Shown here piece after piece: positions 12,376 through 26,958 of a stretch of 64,000 bases of DNA. The stretch spans positions 38,683-102,682 of the forward strand of contig JAQGDQ010000747.1 of NCBI GenBank assembly GCA_030141605.1. Direction: 5' to 3'. The translations under genes were made by a program, and so were the position numbers. The stretch comes from Tubiluchus corallicola (lineage: Eukaryota > Animalia > Priapulida). The notes beneath the pieces were generated by a model. The model saw only the letters and a program-made list of their open reading frames with translations, ran no database searches and had not been told where the DNA came from. Numbering within the stretch: the stretch's first letter is position 1; every line of letters begins with the position of its first letter.

Positions 12376-15347
12376 CGTCAGTCGGTTTTCATATATTAAC
12401 AAATTTTCCCAACGAGTTCAACTCCTTTGACATGTTGTAATGTCTATGTTATTTCAAAATAAATGGTATGGTATAATTATTATTTCTGGACGATTTTTGG
12501 ACAATTGGCATAAACTGGAATCTTAATAATTTTACAGTAATAGGTTTTGTAGTAAAAACGTTGATAATGCTTAGAAGCCTTATAGAAATAATATATGAAA
12601 TGCTTTGAGAAATTAGTGAACGCTGTGCTACATTGCGTTATATTTCAAAACCTAAAGCACACCTGTCGCAGGTATACGCGGCAGCTGCTGATGGGAAAGG
12701 TGAATGTTAATCCAGCGATGCAGAAAATTGAAATCTATTTACTGCGATACGCCCTGCCTGTGTAACTTTGCTCAGGCTTTGACTTTAGTGTATCATAAGA
12801 TCCTGTACTTTGTGGCGTGACATTTTGGTAAAATTGGTTGTGTTCGAGTAAGCGGCAGCCGTTTATAGGCCCATTTCTACCATATACGAAGGTAAGAATA
12901 TAATTTCACCAGAAATGTAAATTTTTAATTTAAAAGCGTATTAATTGTTACTTTGTGACTTTTTAATGAAATGAGGTTGAGGTAAAAACAAAAGTAAGCC
13001 CATTTAATGGCAATAAGGTTAAAAATGCATGCATTATTTAATGCAATTAGGTCTGCAAATATGACCCATCAATTAGATCCAGATATCATCGGCAAGTTCG
13101 CAGGAAAAAATGTTAAAAAGATAGTATTGGTGAATGAGCATCTGCTTTCTTCAGCCTTTCTCGAACTTTCCTATAATTTTGTTCGAACTTTTTACGAAAA
13201 TGATGACTTTGTGAACTTGTATTTGTATTTGTGACTTTGTATTTGGTTTATTCTCTATCATTGTGTAAACGTACCATTATATCATCGTAAGCGTACGAAA
13301 CGTGTGGTACAACAAAAGCACCAATAACTACTTGTACGTAACGAATGTGTATAATATTTAGATACCCTCTTGCCGCTCATTGTATGTACGTGTGTGAAGC
13401 GCCTAATTTATTTGTGTCGCTCCTTTTCTTATTAGTCCTTAGCTTAGGCTTTAACTTACATTAGTGTGGCCTGTGAGGGTAAACGACCAACAAGCAATAA
13501 CATTAATCTAATACTTCATTATAGCTTTTGCTTACTATTAACTCTAAGGTCATTTATCTTTCCAATACTTTGTATAATCGTTCAACCTTTTTGCTTTAAT
13601 GAGATCAATCGTCAATGCGGTTGAATTGGGCAATTTAACACAATAGCCCGACGATTGCGTATAATACTTACAATTATTAACACCGCTTATGAAACTGCTG
13701 AATCATTACGAAAAATGCCCGGTGTTTTGCCCGCGATTATTGCTCTACTTTTTTCTATTTAGTTGCGATTAAAAAGACAAGACATCTTATAGGAAGCTGT
13801 CAGTATTATAATAGGCTGAACTAAAAATTAAATCAAGTTAAGCACAAAAACTTAGATTTTGGTGCGAAATTAAGCTTTTAAATGCGAACGTTACAGTCGC
13901 ATATAGTCATAAACATGTCACAGAGTTTTTCAGTGATTCTTAAGCCTATGATACACCGAAGCGTCCAGTGCCTGGCGTCCGAATCCAGCGCCTGAAAGCG
14001 AGAATGCCGAGAAAGTACGCATATAATCATCATCGATGGGTTATGAAACCAAAGATTTGGCAACGGATAAGTTTTCGCTCTGGGGTTTTTTTGGTTTGAT
14101 AATCATTACTATCAGCGACTAGATGTATACAGCGAAGTAACTGGCTTATTGAGGCCTTATATTATAGTCCAACACGTTTCATTTTGATTTTCATACAATG
14201 TCAGCTTTCCCGCACACTATATTTTGCCTTAGTTAAAGGTACACTGACATCCACCTAAGCGGCAGGAAAGTTTATTTTCGGATAAATAAATAATAAATGT
14301 AGTCGGAGCGATTATTTTCTCTCATGGAGATTACAAAAGCTGAATAAACAATGTATCAACATGAAACTGGATAATAATAAAATCAGAAGCATATCGATGT
14401 CCGCATTATAAGTACAAACGCGTAATTAATTCGGCAAAAGACAGTAAACAGCTTCCTAGTAAAGGTTAGTGACATTGATGTTCAACAGATCAAAAGCGTT
14501 GTAGGTCCTAAAGCCAGCATGGCTGAGTATTATTTTCTGTAATGAGCGACTGATATTCAATAGTTTGAAACGAATCAACAATTTGACCGAAACAGTTGTA
14601 CGTGTCAATGCTTATGTCTGAGCGGTATGTTCTGTAATGACTGATTGATATTCAATAATTTGAAGCAAATAAGCAGTTCAAGACTTTGAGATTACTCAAG
14701 TTTCCAAGACAAAACCTAAAGCCTCTAACGGTCCACTGAGCTGCGAAATTAATGCCAAGTTTTATAACGGTTTTATTACTTCGCGTATAATACCGTCACG
14801 AAATAATAAAGCTTTGCTGAAATTTATCCTTTTCTTACAATGAAACCATTCCATGTAAATACAACAGAGATTGTAAAAATCCTCTCTAAGCAATGAACGT
14901 AATAATTATCACGCTTTCCTTTTCAAGACAAATAGAGCACGTCGTTCTATTTTTCTCTCTGAGGCTGAAATTAGATGTAAGACAAAAGTTTACACTTTAT
15001 CGTATTCAAAATGTAATCATGAAGCTAGGCACAAGCTGAATCGTTGGCGCTGCCTTTACTTCAGTTACGTAGCATGTAGAAGAATTAGGATTATAGAATT
15101 GCGGTGTGGATGTATGACTTCTTATTCTGATTATCCATATGTACAAAATTTTTCTCGTGTCAGTTTTCTCAGCATACAAACTCTAGTTTTAAATCTTTTA
15201 TCGGCAATACCACAAAGTCAGTAACTAGCCTGTAAAATAGAAATTGAAGGTACCTAATTAATAATTAATTTAATTAAAACGATATTATTAGCCACACCGT
15301 AACTGACTACATGCGTTTATTCGCGATGATAATCACAGTAAAGGCAT

Positions 15348-15541
15348 TTGGTTACAGTTTGGACGATTATGAGTTTAATTAAGTGGTTATAGGTCGCCTG
15401 ATTTTGTGTCTAATTCTTGGTTACAGTTTACCTAATTGTGAGTTTGATTACTTAGTTACAGTTTGCCTAGTTATGAGTTTAATTACTTCCTTTACGATTT
15501 TGATTGTAAGCTTAATTATTTGGTTACAGTTTGCCTGATTA
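15348..15541. repeat. Minisatellite, ~33-35 bp unit, about 5.5 copies
   Basis: Recurring unit ttggttacagtttgcctgattatgagtttaattac with substitutions. Confidence 0.8.
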
Positions 15542-18500
15542 AGCTAGTGCCGCCTTTATTTTACTAAAGCACAAGAAAACTCTTTACTTGCATAAAGCTA
15601 AAAAATCACCTTGACCACGAGGACCATTAAGCTAAGTCATTTTAAACATTGCGTAAAATTTGAAAAAGTAGTCAGGCAATTCTTTGCGCTAACTAAGCAA
15701 AGTATAAATTACTGTAATGTGTCAACAAGATTAAAAGTACTTTTTTGTGAGTAAGTGGTGCACATTGGATTGTGAGTATGCGACATTTTATCAGTTGGAG
15801 TGAACATTTTAAATGCCTAGTAATTTTTTGCCTAAGTCTTTCAAGCGTAATGCTGAGTAATACAACTTTGTGTGGAAAGTGTTTTGAGACAATACTTTAA
15901 AGCAGCCTTTCATTTTTCTTTAAAGTCGGTGCCCCTTTTTATAACCAATTTGATTTATGAATGCCTTGCTGGTTTCCTTATTCAGGTCTAGCAGCTGTGT
16001 TACTTGTTGATTATTAACCGTTTCACTCAAGCTGAATTTTAAAAACTGCTCTGCCATTGAAACGTACAACTATAAGGAAGGTTAATATTAGACAAAAAGT
16101 ATTAAACAAAGCAGAATATTCTGGGTATATATACCTTTTAAGCAAATACTTTTCTTTTGTCTAGCAAATGCATGCAAGTCACAACTGGGTCACGGACTAG
16201 CTCTAACATTTGTGGGTCAATCCTATACATTTTGAAGTAACTTTCACTTGGTTGCGCTTTACAGCAGATTTAAGAACTACACGAAGCAGAAGACAAACAA
16301 ATGCCTACGCTTGACCCTAATCCACATTTATGCAGCAAACGCTTTGTCTTTAAGGACGAGGACGGATTAAAGCCGCTTAAGTCAGGATGAAATATACTCA
16401 CTAGAACCTCAAATTAACTTAAGTTAAAAATCTGAATTATACGGTTAGCAAAGCACTGCCTACGAATATGCCTGTAAAGGTTTTTCGCCTATAAAGAATG
16501 TTTTTCAATGACAAACAATGGAACGAATCTATTACAGGACAAGAGCGATAAAAGATAAACTGGATTATTTTGGATTTGTGCACGTACAGCATAACCACAA
16601 TACATTTAGTTCGGTGAAATTATTGCGCGAGTTTAACGATATTATTTCATATTAGAAAAAAGAAATGTTAGATGACAATAAAGACACAAGTAGAGGAGAA
16701 CCTCAAAATAAAACAAGGGCATGTCGCACCTTCAAAAAGGAATACAGACTTGAAAAGTTATTTGTTTTGTACGCTCCAGCCACAATACTTGTTTGTAAAC
16801 GTTTCTTTCACAATTGTTAAATATGTCTTATTTGTTTGTTTGTAACGTAATGTATGTAACTGTGGTTCAATAAACAAACACATAATGCCGTTCACGTGGC
16901 ATGACAGACCTTTAAATTGCAATAACTCGCAGCTTTACACTGTGGGCCACATGCCAGTTCAGTTATGCGGGTCTGTCTGGCAGTTGTACTACCAAAAGAG
17001 CTGCTTACATTTTACTTTGCCTTTGGAATACAAAATTTTTGGTGGAAGTTTAAGGCAAAACTCGCCTGTGTGTAAAAATGTAATTACGACAGCCATTTGG
17101 CGCAACAGAGGACAAACTATGTATATTTTGGTCGAAAATTAATAATTTTTCACTTTTGTTGAATGACTCTGTCACCACTATTAACATTACCCTGTAACTG
17201 CTGTTTGGAAATTATCATGAAGTAAACAAATGGGAGATGGTTTTACAAATACTCTGTTTGACTAAGTTTTGACTAATGTTTGACTAATACTCTGTGACAT
17301 AACTCCACAGTTTTTATGAACTTAAAACTAGAAAAAATGTCAAGGTTTTTTCAACCACTTACTAGGAACTACTACATCTATGCAATTAATAACCGAGAGA
17401 GTTACAGATGATATCCTTACATTAAGCTTTCAGAAGACCCTTGATGTATGTCCTTATATAAAGGTAATAGACAATAGACGCAAAAGGGGGGATTATAAAG
17501 CATTATCTATAAGGGCTGTGAATGGGATTACTATTTCACGCATGAAATTACATAGTTAAAGAAAGTGAATGTTATCAATTATTTCTGAAGGACGTTTAGC
17601 TAACTAGCCAAATCTTCCTTAAATTAACACAAGAAAATGTCATAATCATTAAAAGTTTTTTTTTGTTATGCTGGCTAATGCTTATGAAATTGCATGTTAA
17701 TTTTCCCATATTGAGGAGTAATAGAAACTCTAGGCCTGTACCTTCTAGAAACTTTGTCGAGGAAATATTAGGGCAAGGGATTAAAGACCCAAAGTACAGC
17801 GTATTCCAAAAGAAACAATGCAGGTACAAATGCTACATGCATACCATGACACAAGGTCCAAGTCGTACATACATTTCCAGCACTTATTGTGATATAATCT
17901 CCTACTATGTGACTTAACACTCATTCGCATTTCCTTGTGATTTAATCAGCATATTTCGGCATAATTATCAGCATATTTTTCCTGCACTAGTTTTTTTTGG
18001 AACACCTTGTACAAGAATAACACATTCAACTGAGGAACGAATGAGTCTAAAATGTTTACAGTTAAATTTGCTTTAAGTTTGGTACATTGTATCTATCATA
18101 TTTCTGTCCAGGGCATTCGTGTTTATTTGGTTAATGGCGTAGAAAATGAACAATATGTTGATGCGTTTCATTCATAATATATTGCACTTGTAACATTTGG
18201 ATTTGAATTTTGATATTATACAACCTATAATGTTTGTAAATGCTCGTTTGTTATGTTAATTAAATAAATACAAATCTAAATCTATCGTGTTGTCGAGGAA
18301 TCAAAAGCATAAGAAACAACAGGTTCAGAGATCAACAGCCACAAGTGAAAAAATGTCAAAAACAATTTTACGAAACTAATAAAATGTTAATTGTCAAATA
18401 GGCCCAAAGACCCATAGCACCAAAAAAGCGAATTTACTTTTATTAAATACATAACAGTCTATCACTATTATATAATCAGCATTCAACTAACCTGAAAATT

Positions 18501-19659
18501 TGAAGGCCTTTGATTACCAGCAGCTATTTTAAACCAAACTTGTACATCGCACTAAATTCTTTGTCCAGATGCCTAAAGCAAAATACACAACTCGTGGAAT
18601 GTTGATCGCTTATAAAGAAAAATATCTGTTCTAACTAATGAGTACATATATGCTAAATACTGGTATAAGTAGGCATTCCACGCAAAGGTTACCCAATGTC
18701 ATTGCTACTAGGTAGAGTATTCACGTATTTAAGAATTTTATAAATAGTAAAAACTGCCATTGAACGTATTTAGCAACTGCCTACCATTAGAACTAGAGAT
18801 CCGCAACATTGTTTAACTATCTGCAATGTTTGACCAGTATTTACAATATTTACAAGCGATATATTGACAATGTTGTCTTTATAAACTTCTATGATATTGT
18901 ATCTTACGTGCAATTTTATTCACCTTTCCTCTGGCACCTTGTATAATTATAATAATTATGACAGCATATCCGTTATTTCTTATAAAACGTTATTTTTTAA
19001 AATAGCACAGGTAATTGGCGATTCGTGAATAAAACTCTCCAATAAATATTAAGCGTGGAAGGCGCATACAAAGTATAAACAGAATTGATTATAGGGCAAT
19101 TTTGGCCTAATTCGTGGTTTTGTTCCATTTCTTCCGTTTCTTCCGTTTGCGTGTTTGCATGTTGAGTGTCAAAGGATACCTCCTGTAATCAAGAAATTTA
19201 TGAGGTAACACAGACATATAAAGGCCAACGTTAAGTTGTGTTTTAGCTCTTAAGTAAACGTGAGTGAAAGTAGATATTTGTAAGTATAGTAAGCTAGTAT
19301 TTGCAAGTAAATAAACAAGCAAACAAGCAAACGGGAGAAACAAAGGAGGGAACAAAATAATAATATATTAACGGTGTGAAAAGTATTCCAAACAAAAGCA
19401 TGTGCACGTATAATCTTTTAGATGTAAGTATATATATTAAAAATTATTGCTTGCTTTTGCGTTGAAAACTGTTTCCTAAGAGCAAAAACCTGTATTTTGT
19501 TTTTGGATTTCTAAACGTATGCACGAAACTGTTATTTCATATTGCGTATTTCACTGACGTCCGTAGGTTTTCAATGAGCTGTTCAAGAACACTCAAACAA
19601 TTCACACATGGCGTAACATACGAATAATAACATTTCAGTAGAGTATATGCGCCTTAACG

Positions 19660-19738
19660 CTTTAACGCGAGGGTCTCGAACCCGAGACTGCGGCTCCGAG
19701 AGCGTCTGCTGTCTGCAGTTCAGGCAAGTGGACCAGCG
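19660..19738 (-). repeat. tRNA-derived SINE head (degenerate)
   Basis: Minus strand has GGGTTCGAGACCC (B-box in a T-arm hairpin), preceded by a degenerate A-box. No full cloverleaf. Confidence 0.4.
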
Positions 19739-20760
19739 AATGCATAAGACATTTTTTATTTTAATGGTGATGACCTTTAGTAAAACAATAACTGTGCAAA
19801 GTGATCAACACCAAGATTCAGTACATTCAGTATTTGCTAACTAAAGGCCGGCTTAGTGTTATATTAGGCTGACTTGTTGTTCTTGTCGTCTTTGCTGCTG
19901 TTGGTCTTAGTGCTGCTGTTGTTACTGTTGTAACGTTTGTTGTGTCACGTTGTCATCGTCATCGCCGTAAATGTTTTGTGAGTAACGTTTGTTTGCTCGC
20001 GGCTAATACAGTGCGGCTATTACCGCCAAAACAATTTTTGTGTTGCACTTTAAATTAGAATTATTGCTTTGAAAATTAAATGTAGGATTTTGATAGAGAT
20101 TTTTTTTGAATTTTAGTGGAAATAGCCTTTACAACTTTATTGTTACCAAAAATCTAAAAAGGAGTTTAGACTAGCAAAAGTTTTGTAGTTTGTAACCTTT
20201 GCATTATTACCTGTGCAAAACCTTTCGCCATACAAGCTACACTAAATTCTTCTGTGTGTTTGTTCATAAATTCATAACGGATGCAAATTATTTAAAGTTT
20301 TAAGCGACCTTCGCGCGCTATCGGAACATATCGGGATCATAGATACTTGCAAATTATTATTCGCTCTTACACGATATGCATAAGACACAGTTCACTGATT
20401 TGTTGAGCAGCTTTTTTATGTCACTTACAAGGACACCTGTATAGTAGATTGTCCTATTTATGGTCACTCACGTGTTTCCCTACAGTGAAACCAAAACAGT
20501 GGTTAAAATAATACGATCGGCCTCCAAAATAAACTGACCGATGTGCGGAACTGACAGTTTCTACGTGTATAACTCAGACCGTCGTCATCTTGTATGGGCA
20601 AATTGTATGTGCTTATGTGCATTTTTGTAAATGAAAACCATTTCTACTTTACCGGCATTAAATTTTTTTACTTTCACGTGAAACATCAGAGTTTTTTCAT
20701 CAGTTATGCCATATCTGCATCAGAATTTTATTGTGAATTGTCTTTTCTTCTAGGAGCAAA

Positions 20761-20811
20761 ATGGATGCAAGCGGCTTTTGTCTGGTCTTTGGTGTGCTGT
20801 TGGTAGTACAG
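20761..20811 (+). CDS. Small secreted LDLa-like/prohormone-like protein, coding exon 1 of 3 (join 20761-20811, 25088-25315, 26887-26958 = 116 aa)
   Basis: Acceptor ttttcttctag at 20753, caaaATG context, hydrophobic MDASGFCLVFGVLLVVQ, donor CAG|gtaaga in phase 0. Confidence 0.75.
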
Positions 20812-20985
20812 GTAAGAGCATCTATAATATGCAATAGTAAACTTTTCATCCATTATGACTTACTATCTGTCAACAAGATTCTGGACGCATGGATGGATGG
20901 ACCATCTATAACACTAATCGAAAAACTGCAGTTAGGCTGGAAATTATTACATTCAGAGTATTGCATAAGGAAGCACAAAATAGAG

Positions 20986-21176
<191 letters not shown>

Positions 21177-24100
21177 CTACGACGTTAACTTCGTTTTCAC
21201 TACAACTATCACAAGTTGACTGAAACGTTCAAGTAAATATTGTGCATGACCCTATTCAGCTATAGAAGTTAACCTTCCATCCTTGTTGCAATTTTCTGAT
21301 TAGCGTCAGGATTCCCCTGCATTTGTTTACCTCATAGTTCACAGACACAAACAATTCATTGATTGCAGAGGATAAACAAATAGAACTAATACAAATCCCA
21401 CTTAATAACAAGTTTGTAAATACGTGCAAGTGAGCCGAGGTTGTACTAATTAGTAATTTTGAACGTGATTTTCCAGTAACTGAACCGTATTAAAACCATT
21501 GCGAGGATTTGCAGGCGTAGCTTCACCTGTACTTGTTAATATAAAGGTTCATCAAGCTAAAAACTGTAATAAATTTTAATAGTTAACTGACGTATTCAAT
21601 TAACTTGTTAATTAACTACGTACTACATTAAAAATTAACCTAATTAACTAAATGTTACTAATTACTTACCACGAATAAAAAGTAGATGTTCTGCTTATTA
21701 TTGCAAACCAAATATCAAAAAGCTAAGCTGTTTTTGCGCTATTGTATTTGCGTATAATGTATGCAGTTCATATTGCTCTAATATAGAAATTGAGATTAGC
21801 AAAACAGAGTTCCACGTATACAGTGTGATCTAGATCGAGCATGGTTTTGTGTGTTTGAGTAGTAGGTATTTATCTCCGTTGTTATGATACTCGATAGGCT
21901 ACTCCTAAGTAAAAACTTCTTATACTTACTTAAACTGGCAACTCACATGTTAAAGATAAAGAAGTAGTTAACAACAACAACTCACAACAAGCTTAATTAG
22001 TATTAACGGCATTTCGGGAAATTATTGTTCCCTTCATCGGGTTGCATAAAATTAGTGGCGTAAAAACTTACATGCTAGAAGCAATAAACGCTAGTGATCG
22101 TAGTTATGGATGGTGCATAGTATGGAATATTTAGGCGTTGGTACAATCTATTAAATTTTATTATCTTGTCGGCAAAGTTCAGTGTGGAAGCGATAACTGA
22201 GAAAAGTACAAGTAATGTTTACAGCCTACCCCCTCACAAGCTACGGGTTCTGGTTGCTGCCATTTTTAACGTTAAATCTGAGGAATAAGTTTTCTATTCG
22301 ACCAATTTCACACGATAGTAATTAGAATCGCAAACCCAAAATAAGTATGCGGAATAGTTATGGTGTCATATTTCAATGTTAAAATAAGCAAATCCATTTT
22401 GCGCAAAAATAATATTTTTACGATGGACGGGTAGCGTAAATTACAGCGTAAAATTATGCTACAAAATACAGCCACGGAAGTTTTTTAATATCTCATGTCA
22501 GTATTATGTGTCTTTGATATGCAACTCACAGGTACTGACATTGTGATTCAAGTACTTGGCAAGATTCTTTGTATATAACAGGTCGTCAAGGTCGTCAACT
22601 TTGAAAAATTGCAGGATTTCTTTTCCGCGTTATTAAATAAAAATAACAAGAAGTTTTCAATACTATTCAACCTTTAGGCAGTGCATAAATCAAAGAAGTT
22701 TTTAGTCGCTTTGCTAATGTAGGCTCGCAAATTAATATGCCTGGTGTGCAATCCCGCCACAAAAGGAGCAAGTCTGCTTTCGCTTTCCATGGGAACTCGT
22801 TACAAAGTTCTTGAATAATGATCCCTGTCCCGTGTTAAGAGGGTGGAGTAGGCAATTTATCACGTTTTGAATAGCATAATACTGGAACGATGTAAATGGT
22901 AAGAACTAGCTGCAGGATATTTATACAATTATTACCAACGTTGCGTTTCACTAATTCAAGGATGGACAAAGTGTAGTATAAGCGAGAACTGGAATGCATG
23001 CAGTCTAATAGTGGAGCAAAGATGAATGCTTTTGTTGTGAAACTCCTAAGCTCGATTCTTCAGAAAGACAATTCAACAAGAAGCATATAATTATCTCATC
23101 ATAATTATAACTAAAATAAAGTTAGAAAGCAACGGTTGTTTCGGCACATATCTTGCATTCTTCTAACTTTATTTTAATAGATGTATTAATATATTATACA
23201 TATTATACGTTCTTCTAGTTGTGTTGTTTGTTCTGAAGTTAAAATTTCCCAAAGCTCGATTCCAATCGCCCTATGCTTAAATTGTTGTGGTCTTGATTCA
23301 CATTTGAATACATATATGATACAGGAGTATCCGATATGGCACAAAAAGTCATGTAAATAAATAAATAAACAAACCAAGCTTGTTGCAGTAAAATCTAGTG
23401 CATTTTTTACTGTAACTAGTCCAACTAGTTAAAGCATAAAAAGTCACTTTACGTTGCACTGCAGTAGTTTTAGGAGTACGTACGGGTTGTGCTGCATTTA
23501 AATTGAATTTATATAGCAGCTATAAATATTTCAGTGTATTACTCATATCATAAAAATGTTTACGAGTGAATGCTTCACAAAAACATAATGCGATTTTTAT
23601 AGTTTATATGTGAACAATAAACTCTCTGTATAAACGAATTCTTAAGCTTTGGGAAATGCAGAAGTATAAAATATTATAATACATTATGCTTAGATCTCAC
23701 CCTTTTGATACTAACTAATATTTCACATTTGTGCTCTGATTTACATGAATTTATTACAGCCTGCCGAATTACAACAAACGATAACTGCAACAAAATAGTT
23801 ACTAGGCTAGGTTAATGACTTTTCTGTAAAATTTAACTTTAAATTTTGCAAGTATTTTGCAACCGTGGTGACATTGCAATCAATAACCTTTGTACTACAC
23901 CAAGAATCATGTATATTAATACGAAGTAAATAAACAATGTAGATAAAGTATGCAAAGTTGTCAATATAAACAAAACAGAATGAATGTTTGAGTTCTCAGT
24001 TTTGCATGCTATGATTTCTGAATTTTTTGAATTTGAATTTTTGCAGCTCTTTTGTGCGTGTGTTTTTTAAACATACCGGTTTGAATAAAATTACTCGCTG

Positions 24101-24789
24101 GTGTTTAGATTGTAAAATCTTTTGAAAGAGACAGCTGTAAAAGATAACATTTTCTCAAAACATAAAGTTTAAGAAAACACGAAGCACATTGAAAAGATCG
24201 CTATAATAGTCGACGACTTATAAGAATTCTATGTGCAATTGTTCATGTAATTACAATGTCACATTGCTTTTGTTGTAACATTTGTGTTTCCAGTTTATTA
24301 AAATTCATTTAATTAATTCAAATTCTACCTCCCTAAAAATAACACGGCCTATGGTGGCCTAGTTTGATATTTTCAGACTCTTTAATGATTGTTCAAAAGA
24401 AATTCAAACTGGGTTTATAGCAACTGTGTGTTGTGACTATTTATTATCAAACTGCACAGAACTTTGATAGAAAGTGTCTATTATTTACTGTATCATGTTC
24501 CATGTAGCTGTGAGAGTATATAACACAATAGATAAACATATTTCCACCAAAGAAGAATTTGTTATAAAGAATAAAACAAACAATCAAACAAAAATACAAA
24601 CAAATGAACGAACGAGTGTGAGGATGAGCGCTCGCTTTTGAACACCTAAATGGCTGATTACAAATTAAAATTAAATGATTACGCAAAGACAGAAATGAAG
24701 AAACAAAGGACATCTTAAAACAACAAAGAATAACGAAATAAAGAAAGCAGAAAAGCAAAATAAAATAACAAACAAATGGATGAAGAAGT

Positions 24790-24827
24790 GAGACAGAGAA
24801 AAGAGAGAGAAGAGAAAGATAGAAACA

Positions 24828-24923
<96 letters not shown>

Positions 24924-24968
24924 ACGAGAGAGAGAGAGAAAGAGAGAGAGAGAGAAAGAGAGAGAGAG
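24790..24968. repeat. (GA)n microsatellite, imperfect
   Basis: GA run with GAAA/GACA interruptions. Confidence 0.98.
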
Positions 24969-25087
24969 AACAAAGTGACAGAAAAGTTGCACGAATAACG
25001 TGTGAAGTCGAGTGAACAATAAAATTAGACTAAATGGTACTGTTACTGCAATTAAACACAAGAAATTAAAATATTCTTATTTTGCAG

Positions 25088-25315
25088 ATTGCACAATCAC
25101 AGACTTTGTTGTCAGATTCAAAAGACTTCCTCGTGATTGACAAAAATAACATCGACACAGTAGCTTGCAGACTACGATCACAATCAGAAAACGAGGTTTC
25201 ATTTGGAATGTTAGACGTTGCCAATCTGTGTGACGGTATAGAACATTGTGCAGGTGGTGTAGACGAAGACGCACGAGCCTGCAGCTACAAAGAGCAGGCA
25301 TCATTGCGAAGAAAG
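25088..25315 (+). CDS. Small secreted LDLa-like protein, exon 2
   Basis: attttgcag| acceptor. Encodes IAQSQTLL...VACR...NLCDGIEHCAGGVDEDARACSYKEQASLRRK, where CDG..HC..G.DE...C is the LDLa C-terminal lobe. 228 nt, phase 0-0, donor AAG|gtgtgt. Confidence 0.8.
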
Positions 25316-26886
25316 GTGTGTTAACCCTTCTAAATTTGTTATATTTAGCTTTAGACTCTAATAACATGAACTTTTCAGAGACGACAATTATTGCAGTTTA
25401 TTGGACACACTAGTTACGCTTTAAGAAAGAAGCCAGGGCCCACAGAAAATTGACTATAGAAATTCAATTGCATAAAGCATGTCTACTTATTATCAAACGC
25501 TTCTAGCTGTGCAACGCTATGCAAAGGTTTGGTTATCATTAGAAGAAAAATGAACTCAGCGTACACTTTTGCTAATTACCCTTAAATTTGCTTATAACTA
25601 TACTTTACTTGTATGGGTAATTGTGTTTTCGTTTTCCACGTTTACGTTTACGCGTTCTGCACTGACTTCCAGATTTAAATGATTCGTCGTTGTGAAGTTG
25701 TCAACAAAAAGATTACCTGCCTGAACGTCATAGCAACTTCACCATAATTGTAAATAACTTCTGTGACATTTTTACGACGAAACTACCGCAAGTCATATAC
25801 TGGGGACCTTGTGCTTAATACTTCAGAGCTTGCTAAAAACTCATTACGTAATAGCTTACGTAATACCTGTCACATGCCCAACTTACAATTACTTTCTTAC
25901 ACAGGCAACATTGACGTAAGTCTGTATCAAAATTTATATAACGTAACTAATGTATAAATTATAATATAAAGATTATAAATTCTTGTGCCGCTACCCTCAA
26001 CATCCCCCTTCACGACCTTAGCAGCCGTAGCCCCAATATAACAACGAGAAACATCAAAATTGCTCGTTCGTTACAGATCGCAAAGTTACATTAATCTACA
26101 TTACATATAAACTTAATTGCAAGAAATGGCTGCATCTGAGACGCAAACACCATTTTTCATAGTTGACTTCGTTAATCGTTTCCTCATTAACTTTCGTTTT
26201 CGAGCATGGAATTAGTTTTGTTGACTTGTGGGTGTGATTAATGCATGAAAAGCATCCATTTTAACAAGGCCAGTGCTATAATGGAAACGTTTGCAAAGAA
26301 AAACTACTAGGCAATTTCAAATGCCCAGGTTTCAATAGCAATTGCTCAATATTTCAATAAATAATTGCAAGACACTTTCCTACGTTTTACTCATTAGGCT
26401 CGTCGTACTATGATGTCATACTACATCAAACTACATTTTGAGTCATTACAGTAGCTAGCTAATCAAAGACCAAACCAATAAGGTTAGCAAGACAGCGTAA
26501 TATAATTAATCCTAATATCTCATGATGCATTGTATAAAGTCGAAATAATCAAAGAACTTCTTACAGGATTATAAGAATTAATTCGACTTTGAAACTATCC
26601 CTATGAGCTAGTAATTTTATTTTATTTTGCCGCCAATATTCTACTCTGCATGTAGATTCTACAGAGCGTTAATGTTGTATGCACTGGCGCGTAGCTAATT
26701 GCAAAATAAACACGGGCTATATCAGTGTTACTATTTAATTTAACTCACGTCCTTCAGAAGCGCCAAAATTTTATGAATTTATAGATAAAGATAAAGCGGC
26801 CTCAGTTTCTGCATGCAACTGAGGTCGAGTTTGTACATGTAACCTTGTTTTATACAAATGTTTTAAGCTTGCATGTTTATTTACAG

Positions 26887-26958
26887 ATCTACCTCTATAA
26901 TGGCGGTTTCGATAAGGATGGAAAACTGCGCCCAGATTTTGACAGGGAGAAAAAATGA
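26887..26958 (+). CDS. Small secreted LDLa-like protein, putative terminal exon 3
   Basis: gtttatttacag| acceptor, then IYLYNGGFDKDGKLRPDFDREKK* in phase 0. AATAAA motifs downstream at ~27102 and ~27155. Confidence 0.6.
   Translation: MYLYNGGFDKDGKLRPDFDREKK

Noticed and set aside
14233-14250. TTAAAGGTACACTGACA, a Kolobok-like end
   Set aside because: No convincing partner TIR found by eye.
15348-15541. Regularly spaced repeats resembling a CRISPR array
   Set aside because: Contiguous degenerate units with no unique spacers, no cas genes and a eukaryotic context; it is a minisatellite.
24447-25061. ORFs with poly-(SL) or poly-(ER) tracts
   Set aside because: Microsatellite and AT-rich low-complexity artefacts.
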